Origin: a virus
Taxonomy: Duplodnaviria > Caudoviricetes
Virus record (IMG/VR): IMGVR_UViG_2811995239_000002
Span: 25,265-89,264 of that record
Reading direction: 5' to 3' (one strand)
Length of the DNA: 64,000 nucleotides
A program made the translations under genes and the position numbers. Below, piece by piece: positions 37,343 through 45,666 of the stretch (position 1 is the first letter of the stretch; every line of letters begins with the position of its first letter). Below the pieces are notes generated by a model. It had not been told where the DNA came from. It did not search any database and worked only from the letters and a program-made list of their open reading frames with translations.

Positions 37343-37956
37343 AGAAACCAGCCAGGCAAAAAGTGAAGGTATACAAGCCGAAGAAATGCGCCCAGTGCGG
37401 TGAGACCTTCACACCGGATCGTAACCTTCAGAAGGTATGTGGTCCACGCTGTGCGATTGACTATAACCGCGCGCTGAAGGCTAAAAAGGCTGAAACAGAG
37501 AGAAAGGTCAGCCTTAAGATTCGCAAGAAGGCGCTCCAGCCCCGTGGATATTTTCTCAGTAAAGCTCAGTCTGCGTTCAACGCTTTTATCCGTGAGCGAG
37601 ACGAGGGCAAACCGTGCCCGTCATGCGGCACCTGCCATCCCCCGATGATTTTCGGCGGCCAGTGGGATTGCGGGCATTTCCTGAGTGTTGGATCGCGTCC
37701 TGAACTCAGGTTTGAAGAAAAGAACGCCTATCGCCAGTGCAAGGCCTGCAATGGTGGTGCTGGTCGGTTTACCGCTAAAAACAAAACGGTACACGAACGC
37801 TACAGAACGACGCTCATCGAGTGGTTTGGGCTTGCGCTGGTGGAATGGCTGGAAGGCCCACACGAAGCAAAGCATTACTCAAAAGAAGACCTGGAAGAAA
37901 TTGCGGCTAAATACCGCCGTAAAACCCGCGAACTGAAAAAGCAGAGGGCAGCATGA
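37339..37956 (+). CDS. ninG: NinG/Rap endonuclease
   Basis: FNAFIRERD..KPC.SCG, DCGHF, ELRF.E.N...QC..CN, VEWLEG. Confidence 0.9.
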   Translation: MKKPARQKVKVYKPKKCAQCGETFTPDRNLQKVCGPRCAIDYNRALKAKKAETERKVSLKIRKKALQPRGYFLSKAQSAFNAFIRERDEGKPCPSCGTCHPPMIFGGQWDCGHFLSVGSRPELRFEEKNAYRQCKACNGGAGRFTAKNKTVHERYRTTLIEWFGLALVEWLEGPHEAKHYSKEDLEEIAAKYRRKTRELKKQRAA

Positions 37957-38195
37957 CAAGACAATACGTTAAAAAAATCACCTATCCATGCCTGACAGCG
38001 GCAATTTTTCAGGATGTCATTTACGTCATGCGTCCTGCCAGCGCATCTGAATTACTTGCAGAAGCAGATAAGGCTAGTGAGTTCTATTTGAATTATTTCC
38101 CATTCGCGACGCTGGAGGATATCAGGGAAGACATTCTGTATAGCTTCGGTGGACTCTACCTGAACGATTTCCAGCTTATCAGGGAGGCTGCATGA
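37953..38195 (+). CDS. Hypothetical protein
   Basis: ATGA overlaps on both sides. Confidence 0.6.
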   Translation: MTRQYVKKITYPCLTAAIFQDVIYVMRPASASELLAEADKASEFYLNYFPFATLEDIREDILYSFGGLYLNDFQLIREAA

Positions 38196-38350
38196 TTACT
38201 GCGCTAATTATCATTTATTCGTTCATGGCTGGGATGACTGCCGAATATACGCACACTAGGTTAGAAAAAATATCATCACCAAGAAACTTCTATCTCACGG
38301 CCTTCATCTGCGGGGTGTGCTGGCCTTATGTAATCTGGAGAGCCAAATAA
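38192..38350 (+). CDS. Small membrane protein, 52 aa (MITALIIIYSFMAG...CWPYVIWRAK)
   Basis: GGAGG RBS, coupled at both ends. Confidence 0.6.
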   Translation: MITALIIIYSFMAGMTAEYTHTRLEKISSPRNFYLTAFICGVCWPYVIWRAK

Positions 38351-38991
38351 TGTATGACCTTATTTATTGCGATCCGCCGTGGGAATACGGCAACAGAATC
38401 AGCAACGGCGCCGCCTGTAACCATTACAGCACAATGAGCATGGAGGAGCTTAAACGCCTCCCGATATGGGAACTGGCTGCTGAAAACGCTGTACTGGCGA
38501 TGTGGTACACCGGGACACACAACCGGGAGGCTGTGGAACTGGCTGAATCCTGGGGATTCCGGGTCAGAACGATGAAAGGGTTTACGTGGGTAAAACTGAA
38601 CCAGAATGCCGCCGTTCGCTTCAATAAGGCATTAAGCACTGGAGAGCTGGTGGACTTCAATGATCTGCTGGAAATGCTGGACCGTGAAACCCGCATGAAC
38701 GGCGGTAACCATACCCGCAGCAACACTGAAGATGTTCTGATTGCGACGAAAGGAACGGGGCTACAACGCGCCAGCGCAGCAGTAAAACAGGTTGTTCATA
38801 CCTGCCTGGGCGAACATAGCGCAAAGCCGTGGGAGGTCAGGAACCGACTGGAACAATTATACGGCGATGTGAAAAGAATCGAAATATTCGCCCGGGAAGA
38901 GTGGAAAGGATGGGACCGATGGGGAAACGAATGCAATAACAGCATTGAAATGATTACGGGACAGATAAAAGGGGTGAACCATGCAGCGTGA
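38350..38991 (+). CDS. MT-A70 family adenine methyltransferase
   Basis: DPPW, HY.TM, F.WVK, HSAKP, EIFAR, WGNE motifs. Confidence 0.9.
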   Translation: MYDLIYCDPPWEYGNRISNGAACNHYSTMSMEELKRLPIWELAAENAVLAMWYTGTHNREAVELAESWGFRVRTMKGFTWVKLNQNAAVRFNKALSTGELVDFNDLLEMLDRETRMNGGNHTRSNTEDVLIATKGTGLQRASAAVKQVVHTCLGEHSAKPWEVRNRLEQLYGDVKRIEIFAREEWKGWDRWGNECNNSIEMITGQIKGVNHAA

Positions 38992-39385
38992 TATTCAACT
39001 TGTTCTTGAACGTTGGGGAACATGGGCAACGAGTGAAGGAACTCAGGTCAACTGGTCACCGATTGCCGCAGGCTTTAAAGGTTTGCTGGTAGATACCGGA
39101 AAGTCTCGTGATTCATGCAGCGACAATGACGGGTTGATCGTTGATACGGCTGTCGGGATGCTCAGACGAGCCGGGAGAGAAGATGAATTAAATCTGGTGA
39201 TGTTGCATTACATGTATAACGTTTCTAAATCGACAATTGCCCGCTGGCAGAAATGCTCTGAGGGAAAAATACGTAACAAGCTGATGATTGCAGAAACGTT
39301 TATTGATGCCTGCATCATCATGACGGGAACGCGATTAGAAATGGACGACTGGACCCATAAGTGCCAGACAGAAAAAGTTGCATAA
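38981..39385 (+). CDS. Q: Late antiterminator Q
   Basis: RDIQLVLERWG.W, AAGFKGLL, C.D.DG motifs; position before lysis. Confidence 0.9.
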   Translation: MQRDIQLVLERWGTWATSEGTQVNWSPIAAGFKGLLVDTGKSRDSCSDNDGLIVDTAVGMLRRAGREDELNLVMLHYMYNVSKSTIARWQKCSEGKIRNKLMIAETFIDACIIMTGTRLEMDDWTHKCQTEKVA

Positions 39386-39459
39386 AAGACTATTCGTTAC
39401 GAATTTTATCAATTAATGTGTTAAGAGTGGTCACTTAGACACGAACTTAAATATTACAG

Positions 39460-39485
39460 AACCTCGCCCTTGGGCGGGGTTTTTT
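39460..39485 (+). terminator. tR' late-leader terminator
   Basis: AACCTCGCCC-TT-GGGCGGGGTT hairpin followed by a T run. Confidence 0.85.
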
Positions 39486-39593
39486 CATTTCAGGCCCAGG
39501 CTAAAAATCGTAGATTAACCGTGAATGTATGAGCTTGCGGCCTGAATTCTTTCCCCTCGTACTGAGAGGATACACAGCAATAGAGGGGGCTAA

Positions 39594-39986
39594 ATGTCCG
39601 ATCCTGTAACTGGTTCCGGCGCGATGCTCGGAGGTGGGCTGGTGGGTTCCGTAATTTACGGAATCTTCACTCATACCGATTTTGGCGTTGTATTTGGTGC
39701 GTTTGGTGGCGCGGTTTTCTACGTCGCAACGGCTGCAAATCTTACCCGTGGTCGTCTGGCTGCATACTTCATGACATCGTTCATTGTTGGTGTGCTTGGG
39801 GCCGGATTATTAGGCTCAAAACTCTCAGCATGGACAGGCTACAGTGATCGCCCGCTTGATGCGCTCGGCGCCGTGATTGTATCGGCCATCACTATCAAGG
39901 TGCTGACATTCATCAACAGTCAGGATTTGAACAGTCTGTTCGGTATGCTTTCGCGGCTTCGCGGAGGAGGGGGCAATGTTAAATGA
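39594..39986 (+). CDS. Putative holin
   Basis: Several TM segments, first lysis gene, basic C-terminus. Confidence 0.75.
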   Translation: MSDPVTGSGAMLGGGLVGSVIYGIFTHTDFGVVFGAFGGAVFYVATAANLTRGRLAAYFMTSFIVGVLGAGLLGSKLSAWTGYSDRPLDALGAVIVSAITIKVLTFINSQDLNSLFGMLSRLRGGGGNVK

Positions 39987-40254
39987 TCCTTCTGCATTCT
40001 TTAATGCGTTAATTTGTGGGGTGATCGTGGTTGCGCTGATGTTTTACCAGCGCGGCAGCGCGAGACATCGCCCTCTGATATCGCTGGTGGCCTACTTCAC
40101 AGTGCTGGTATATGCCAGCGTCCCATTCCGGTATCTGTTCGGTCTCTATCAGGAATCGCACTGGATGGTAGTCATCGTTAATTTGATCATCTGCGCCGCC
40201 GTGCTTAGGTCACGAGGCAATGTGGCGCGTCTCATAGATACTCTGAGGCACTAA
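39976..40254 (+). CDS. Phage holin family protein (DUF754-like)
   Basis: Three TM segments, ARHRP and RGNVA motifs. Confidence 0.75.
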   Translation: MLNDPSAFFNALICGVIVVALMFYQRGSARHRPLISLVAYFTVLVYASVPFRYLFGLYQESHWMVVIVNLIICAAVLRSRGNVARLIDTLRH

Positions 40255-40868
40255 TGAACCAATCACAGTTTCAGCAGGCGGCTGGTATAAGCGCCGGATT
40301 AGCTGCGCGCTGGTTTCCGCACATCGACGCGGCAATGAAAGAATTTGGAATTACAGCAGTTAACGATCAGGCCATGTTCATTGCACAAGTTGGACATGAG
40401 TCTGCTGGCTTTACCTCACTGGCAGAGAGTTTTAACTACTCGGTAGACGGGCTGAAAAAAACCTTTGGTAAACGCCTGACGCCGTATCAGTGTGAAATGC
40501 TGGGGCGCGTCGATGGTAAACAGGTCGCCCACCAACCGCAAATAGCCAATCTGGTTTACGGTGACCGCATGGGTAATCACAGCCAGGGTGATGGCTGGAA
40601 ATATCGCGGTCGTGGTCTGCTTCAAATCACTGGTCGAGAGAACTATACCCGGTGCGGTACAGCGTTGAAACTTGACCTTGTCAGTACGCCGGAACTGCTA
40701 ACGCAAGAGCGACATGCGGCCCGTTCGGCAGCATGGTACTTCACGTTGCGCGGTTGCCTCCTGTATTCGGGTGATGTGGAACGCGTCACGCAGATCATCA
40801 ACGGTGGGCAGAACGGCATTAAAGACCGCCGTGAACGTTACGCCAAAGCAAAAGCCGCCCTGGTGTGA
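40254..40868 (+). CDS. Endolysin, glycoside hydrolase family 19
   Basis: FIAQVGHES, YRGRGLLQITG, INGG.NG..DR. Confidence 0.93.
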   Translation: MNQSQFQQAAGISAGLAARWFPHIDAAMKEFGITAVNDQAMFIAQVGHESAGFTSLAESFNYSVDGLKKTFGKRLTPYQCEMLGRVDGKQVAHQPQIANLVYGDRMGNHSQGDGWKYRGRGLLQITGRENYTRCGTALKLDLVSTPELLTQERHAARSAAWYFTLRGCLLYSGDVERVTQIINGGQNGIKDRRERYAKAKAALV

Positions 40869-40874
40869 GGTCAT

Positions 40875-41150
40875 ATGGGACTTGAAATGATTATCGGCCT
40901 GGCTGTTGCTGTGCTGGCCGCAATTGCAGGCGCTTTTGGTTTCGGTCACGCGCGCGGCACCGACAAAGCGGAAGCCAAAGCCGAAAGGCAGCGCACCGAA
41001 GAGAACGCCGCAGCAACGGTCGCAGCAGCAGAGCGACAGGCAGAAGTGACCAGAGAGGCCAGTGATGTGCAAGAAACTGTTAAGCGTATGCCTGATGACG
41101 ACGTTGATCGTGAGCTGCGCGAACAATTCACCCGCCCCGGTGGTGGTTGA
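40875..41150 (+). CDS. i-spanin (Rz-like)
   Basis: N-terminal TM segment plus coiled coil after the endolysin. Confidence 0.75.
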   Translation: MGLEMIIGLAVAVLAAIAGAFGFGHARGTDKAEAKAERQRTEENAAATVAAAERQAEVTREASDVQETVKRMPDDDVDRELREQFTRPGGG

Positions 41151-41304
41151 TACGGGCTGCATGTGGACTCGGATTATCTATCTGACAGACCACGACATCA
41201 ATGTGCTGGATAAGCAGACGAAGCGCGACATCCTGGCGCATAACAAATCAGTGCAGGCTAACTGCAAGAAGGAGTCTGCCCGTGAACGCAGAGAACCTAA
41301 GTGA
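41065..41304 (+). CDS. o-spanin lipoprotein (Rz1-like)
   Basis: Lipobox LIVSC, overlaps the i-spanin, ILAHN motif. Confidence 0.75.
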   Translation: MCKKLLSVCLMTTLIVSCANNSPAPVVVDTGCMWTRIIYLTDHDINVLDKQTKRDILAHNKSVQANCKKESARERREPK

Positions 41305-41512
41305 AGCGTATTACATCAATAACGAGATAAAAGAACTACAGCGACAGAAAAGCATTCTGGAGAGTGGTGCAGGGCTTGGGGTAACAATCCAATCTACCTA
41401 TCAGGATAATGCCTTTTTGGATGCTATACGCCCACATGCTGTGGCTGAGCTTGATCGTCGTATTGAGGAAAAAAGAGCCGTACTGGTTAATTTAGGCGTC
41501 TCCTTCTCTTAA
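41282..41512 (+). CDS. Hypothetical protein
   Basis: GTG start with AAGGAG RBS. Confidence 0.6.
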   Translation: MNAENLSEAYYINNEIKELQRQKSILESGAGLGVTIQSTYQDNAFLDAIRPHAVAELDRRIEEKRAVLVNLGVSFS

Positions 41513-41594
41513 TGTGACAGGCATTACAGCAACCAAATTCACTGCCATAGACCGGGTGGCAACCGGCGCTGGCCCGGCGAACAGGGCGACCAAT

Positions 41595-41618
41595 AGCCTC
41601 GCAATAGCGGGGCTTTTT
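41595..41618 (+). terminator. Intrinsic terminator
   Basis: AGCCTCGC-AATA-GCGGGGCT hairpin followed by TTTT. Confidence 0.8.
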
Positions 41619-41620
41619 AA

Positions 41621-41713
41621 TGCGCATCGCACGCGCACATCGAAGAAAGTCTTTCAGCTGTGAGCCTGGGCAAACCGTTAACTTTCGGCGGCTTTGCCGT
41701 GCGACAGGCTCAC
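41621..41713 (+). ncRNA. Structured leader RNA candidate
   Basis: GTGAGCCTG/CAGGCTCAC stem enclosing GGCAAA-CCG...CGG-C-TTTGCC; preceded by a TGCGC/GCGCA hairpin. Confidence 0.5.
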
Positions 41714-41732
41714 GTCTAAAAGGAAATATCAC

Positions 41733-41906
41733 ATGCAATTAGGCGGAAAATCGAAAAACGGACTCAGAGCCTTCCTTCGCAGTGACGCAATCGTTATTGC
41801 TGATAAAAAAGGCAAACCCAAAGTGGTTATCGGTGTTTTTAACGAAGACGATAACGGGTTACGCAGCGTCAAGCCTTCAGCATTCAACAAATTAGGTCGC
41901 GCTTAA
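41733..41906 (+). CDS. 57-aa protein resembling a gpJ C-terminal beta motif
   Basis: AAGGA RBS; IVIADKKGKPKVVIG. Confidence 0.55.
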   Translation: MQLGGKSKNGLRAFLRSDAIVIADKKGKPKVVIGVFNEDDNGLRSVKPSAFNKLGRA

Positions 41907-41919
41907 AAGGGAACAAATC

Positions 41920-42669
41920 ATGAGTCAGAAAATTATTACTTTGTCCGGTGCCGCGACAGATGTTCTGTATGCGCTGTTCTACCGTGGCGCGTTGCAGAGT
42001 GGCGATCTGCCATCTAAATCTGGTGCTGCTGAGCTTCGCGATCTGGGCTTTACTGAAACCCGCCATACCGCGACGCAATATCAGAAGGAAAACTATTTTA
42101 CTTTCCTGACTGCCGAAGGGCAGGCGTTTGCTGTTGAGCACCTGGTAAATACGAACTTTGGTGTGCCTGCTGGTGGTTACATCGGCAGCCCTTTAGATGC
42201 ACTGGATGAAATTGCAGATCAAGGTGGCTACACTCCAGACGAAATGCGTGATGCCGTGGAATACATTAAGCGAACCAGGCAGACGAAAGCTTTAGGAAAA
42301 GCGCTGGCAGAACTATCTCCGTTTGTCATGAAGGACGGACAGGTATTTATCAAAGATGCTTTCATTCAACCTGTCACCACCGCTGGTACAAAAGTTGACT
42401 CGAATTCCGGCGGCTCCGCTACGTACAACTGCAACATGCGTATCAAAGTTGATGGAGCGGATAAAACAATTCGCGAGAAAGTTCATGCTGTAGTTTCCAG
42501 TTATCTCACCCCTGAGGCAACGGAGTATACCGATGAGCTGGTGGATGAGGTGATGAACCTGTTTGATAAGCCAGAGGTCAGCCGGTTGATTGATCGTTGT
42601 GTTACGGAGTCAGTCAGGCTGAACTGCCGTCCGGGTGGGCTCATCTGGCAGACGTTACGCAGATTGTGA
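41920..42669 (+). CDS. Mosaic protein: wHTH-like N-terminus, gpJ (DUF1983)-like motif and tape-measure C-terminal motif
   Basis: PFVMKDGQVFIKDAF and RPGGLIW segments match this phage's own gpJ and tape measure. Confidence 0.75.
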   Translation: MSQKIITLSGAATDVLYALFYRGALQSGDLPSKSGAAELRDLGFTETRHTATQYQKENYFTFLTAEGQAFAVEHLVNTNFGVPAGGYIGSPLDALDEIADQGGYTPDEMRDAVEYIKRTRQTKALGKALAELSPFVMKDGQVFIKDAFIQPVTTAGTKVDSNSGGSATYNCNMRIKVDGADKTIREKVHAVVSSYLTPEATEYTDELVDEVMNLFDKPEVSRLIDRCVTESVRLNCRPGGLIWQTLRRL

Positions 42670-42699
42670 GTTGTAAATGATAACAATTGTCATTTGAAT

Positions 42700-42745
42700 G
42701 GGTCCTCCCGGCGGGGTGGCCTGCCACGGGGCGGCGGGCGCGCGG
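42700..42745 (+). other. cos site: cosQ GGGTCCT (42700-42706) and cosN with predicted 12-nt end GGGCGGCGGGCG (42729-42740)
   Basis: Same layout as lambda cosQ/cosN, upstream of terS. Confidence 0.8.
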
Positions 42746-42857
42746 AAAACGGCTGGTTTTTGCGATCCTGGGTCATCATCATCATTTGCGCAGGTCTTTG
42801 ATTTAATTAAAGGCCGTTTTGTCAGGATGTCGAATCGTTTAAAAAGTGTTCACCATC

Positions 42858-43346
42858 ATGGACCAGGAAGTAGCCTCTCTTAAACTGAATATTAATCAAC
42901 TGGCAGGTATCACTGGCGTACATCGACAAACCGTCGCAGCACGGCTGAAAAATATTGAACCTGCACCCGGCAGCAACAGTAAATTAAAGCTCTATCTCAT
43001 CACTGATATTCTTACCGAGCTGATGATCCCTACGGTTTCCGCCAGTATCGATGACATGCAGCCGTCTGACCGACTGGCGCACTGGAAAGCGGAAAACGAG
43101 CGGATCAAGTTCGAACAGGAAACCGGGCAACTTATCCCGGCAGATGAGGTGGCGCGGGAATTTTCTCTGATGGCAAAGGCCGTCGTCATGGTACTTGAAA
43201 CCCTTCCTGATGTACTTGAACGCGACTGCGCGCTCTCTCCCGCAGCAGTTACCCGCGTTCAGAGCGTTATTGATGATCTACGTGACCAGATGGCGCAGAA
43301 GGTACTGGAAGCCGAAACAGAGGAGGATGAGCCAGAGGAGGACTGA
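42858..43346 (+). CDS. Terminase small subunit (DUF1441/Nu1-like)
   Basis: wHTH LNINQLAGITGVHRQTV; after cos. Confidence 0.88.
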   Translation: MDQEVASLKLNINQLAGITGVHRQTVAARLKNIEPAPGSNSKLKLYLITDILTELMIPTVSASIDDMQPSDRLAHWKAENERIKFEQETGQLIPADEVAREFSLMAKAVVMVLETLPDVLERDCALSPAAVTRVQSVIDDLRDQMAQKVLEAETEEDEPEED

Positions 43347-45454
43347 TGGCAAAGCGAGCATCAGCCAGGGGGATTCGTCGTGATGTGTCCGGCATCTTAC
43401 GTGCTCCGCGACGCATGCTGGTGGCCGATGCGGTAAAAGATTATATGCGGGTGCCGATGGGCGCGGGAAACTCTGTTCCGTGGGACCCGAATCTTGCACC
43501 TTATGTCATTGAGCCGATGAACTGTCTTGCATCGCGTGAATATGATGCAGTTGTATTTGTTGGCCCGGCACGAACCGGTAAAACCATTGGCCTTATTGAC
43601 GGGTGGATTGTTTACAACGTCGTGTGTGATCCGGCGGATATGCTGGTTATTCAGGTTTCAGAGGAAAAAGCTCGCGAGCACTCTAAAAAGCGCCTGGATC
43701 ACACATTTCGTTGCAGCCCTGAGGTTAAATCCCGCCTCAGCCCCCGGCGCAATGATAACAACGTATATGACCGTACATTTCGCGCAGGTAACTATCTGAA
43801 GCTGGGCTGGCCTTCAGTCAATATCATGTCGTCCTCTGACTATAAAAGCGTGGCGCTGACCGACTATGACCGTTTTCCTGAGGACATTGACGGAGAAGGT
43901 GACGCCTTTTCGCTTGGTTCAAAGCGAACCACTACGTTTATGTCATCCGGTATGACGCTGGTGGAAAGTTCGCCCGGCAGAGATATCAAGGATACTAAAT
44001 GGCGTCGCAGCACACCGCATGAAGCACCGCCGACAACAGGTATTCTGTCACTGTATAACCGGGGTGATCGTCGGCGCCTTTACTGGCCATGTCCGCATTG
44101 CGGGGAATATTTTCAGCCAGAAATGGACAATATGACCGGTTATCGCGACAGCAAGGACCCGGTTCTGGCGGGTGAGGCTGCATTTCTTCAGTGTCCGGCC
44201 TGTAAAGGCAAAATCACTGCGGATATGAAGCGCGCTCTGAATATGAAGTGTGTCTGGCTGCGCGACGGGCAGAAGATTGACCGTCACGGAAATATCAGCG
44301 GAGAAGGGCGCCGCTCACGCATCGCGTCGTTCTGGATGGAAGGCCCGGCAGCGGCCTATCAGACGTGGGCACAGCTTATCTATAAATTCCTGACTGCTGA
44401 GCAGGAGTATGAAGCCACCCGTAGCGAGGAAACGCTCAAAACGGTGGTAAATACTGACTTCGGGCGGCCATATCTGCCACGCGCCAGTATGGAGCAGCGT
44501 AAAAGCGAATTGCTTGAACAGCGAGCGGAAAATATCCCGAAACGATCAGTGCCGGATGGTGTCGAGTTCCTTACGGCAACGGTCGATGTGCAGGCGGGCA
44601 GAAACCGACGTTTTGTGGTGCAGGTCACGGGTTACGGCAGTATGGGGGAGCGATGGCTGGTGGATCGCTACAACATTCGTCAGTCGCTTCGCTGTAATGG
44701 AAATGGCGAAAGTCTCCAGATAGACCCTGCAAGTTACCCTGAGGACTGGGACCTTTTGCTGACTGATGTTTTCCATAAAACCTGGCCGCTGGCTTCCGAT
44801 CCGGCGAAAGGCATGCGTCTGATGGCGATGGCTGTTGACTCCGGTGGTGAGGATGGCGTCACCGATAACGCCTATAAATTCTGGCGCAGGTGCAGGCGTG
44901 ATGGTCTCGGTAAACGCGTTTATCTCTTCAAAGGGGACAGTGCGCGGCGCGCGAAACTTATCACCCGGACATTCCCGGACAATACAGGCCGTTCAACCCG
45001 CCGGGCGAAGGCCGCAGGGGATGTACCCCTCTTTCTTCTCCAGACCGATTCCCTTAAAGACCGGATTAATAACGCCCTGTGGCGTGAATCGCCGGGGCCG
45101 GGCTATGTGCATTTTCCGGCATGGCTGGGGAGCTGGTTCTATGACGAACTGACCTATGAGGAGCGTTCTGTTGATGGGAAATGGACGAAACCCGGCCGCG
45201 GAGCCAACGAAGCATTCGACCTGCTGGTGTATGCCGATGCGCTGGCGATCCTCCACGGTTACGAAAAGATCAAATGGCCGGATGCACCAGAATGGGCACG
45301 GCGGGAAACGTGGCTTGAAAGTACGGAGACGGAAGCTGGCGAAACGCCACCCCCGCCGCCAGTACCGACAGCCAGACAGAAGACGAGGCGCAAAAAATCC
45401 GCAGACAAGCAGGTTAATCCCTGGACCAGTTCAACCTCAGGAGGATGGATATGA
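43346..45454 (+). CDS. Terminase large subunit (GpA family)
   Basis: GPARTGKT, CPHCGE, VDVQ, NEAFDLLVYA. Confidence 0.93.
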   Translation: MAKRASARGIRRDVSGILRAPRRMLVADAVKDYMRVPMGAGNSVPWDPNLAPYVIEPMNCLASREYDAVVFVGPARTGKTIGLIDGWIVYNVVCDPADMLVIQVSEEKAREHSKKRLDHTFRCSPEVKSRLSPRRNDNNVYDRTFRAGNYLKLGWPSVNIMSSSDYKSVALTDYDRFPEDIDGEGDAFSLGSKRTTTFMSSGMTLVESSPGRDIKDTKWRRSTPHEAPPTTGILSLYNRGDRRRLYWPCPHCGEYFQPEMDNMTGYRDSKDPVLAGEAAFLQCPACKGKITADMKRALNMKCVWLRDGQKIDRHGNISGEGRRSRIASFWMEGPAAAYQTWAQLIYKFLTAEQEYEATRSEETLKTVVNTDFGRPYLPRASMEQRKSELLEQRAENIPKRSVPDGVEFLTATVDVQAGRNRRFVVQVTGYGSMGERWLVDRYNIRQSLRCNGNGESLQIDPASYPEDWDLLLTDVFHKTWPLASDPAKGMRLMAMAVDSGGEDGVTDNAYKFWRRCRRDGLGKRVYLFKGDSARRAKLITRTFPDNTGRSTRRAKAAGDVPLFLLQTDSLKDRINNALWRESPGPGYVHFPAWLGSWFYDELTYEERSVDGKWTKPGRGANEAFDLLVYADALAILHGYEKIKWPDAPEWARRETWLESTETEAGETPPPPPVPTARQKTRRKKSADKQVNPWTSSTSGGWI

Positions 45455-45666
45455 CGAGAAGCGAAATAGAGACCATGATCCAGCGATACGCCGATGCGGA
45501 AATTGCAGTGCTGGCGGGTAAGTCCATCACCTTTAACGGCCAGCAGATGTCATATGAAAATCTGTCTGAAATCCGTAAAGGGCGACAGGAATGGGAGCAC
45601 CGCCTTACTGCCCTGAACAATCAGCGCCGGGGGCGCCCCGGCTACCGACTGGCGAGGTTTCAATGA
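45451..45666 (+). CDS. gpW-like head-tail joining protein
   Basis: Y..AE.AVL.GKS motif; between TerL and portal. Confidence 0.75.
   Translation: MTRSEIETMIQRYADAEIAVLAGKSITFNGQQMSYENLSEIRKGRQEWEHRLTALNNQRRGRPGYRLARFQ

Noticed and set aside
39420-39485. pR'-tR' short RNA as an AgvB/AsxR-type anti-sRNA
   Set aside because: Position is analogous but I see no sequence support for that family; kept only as the tR' terminator
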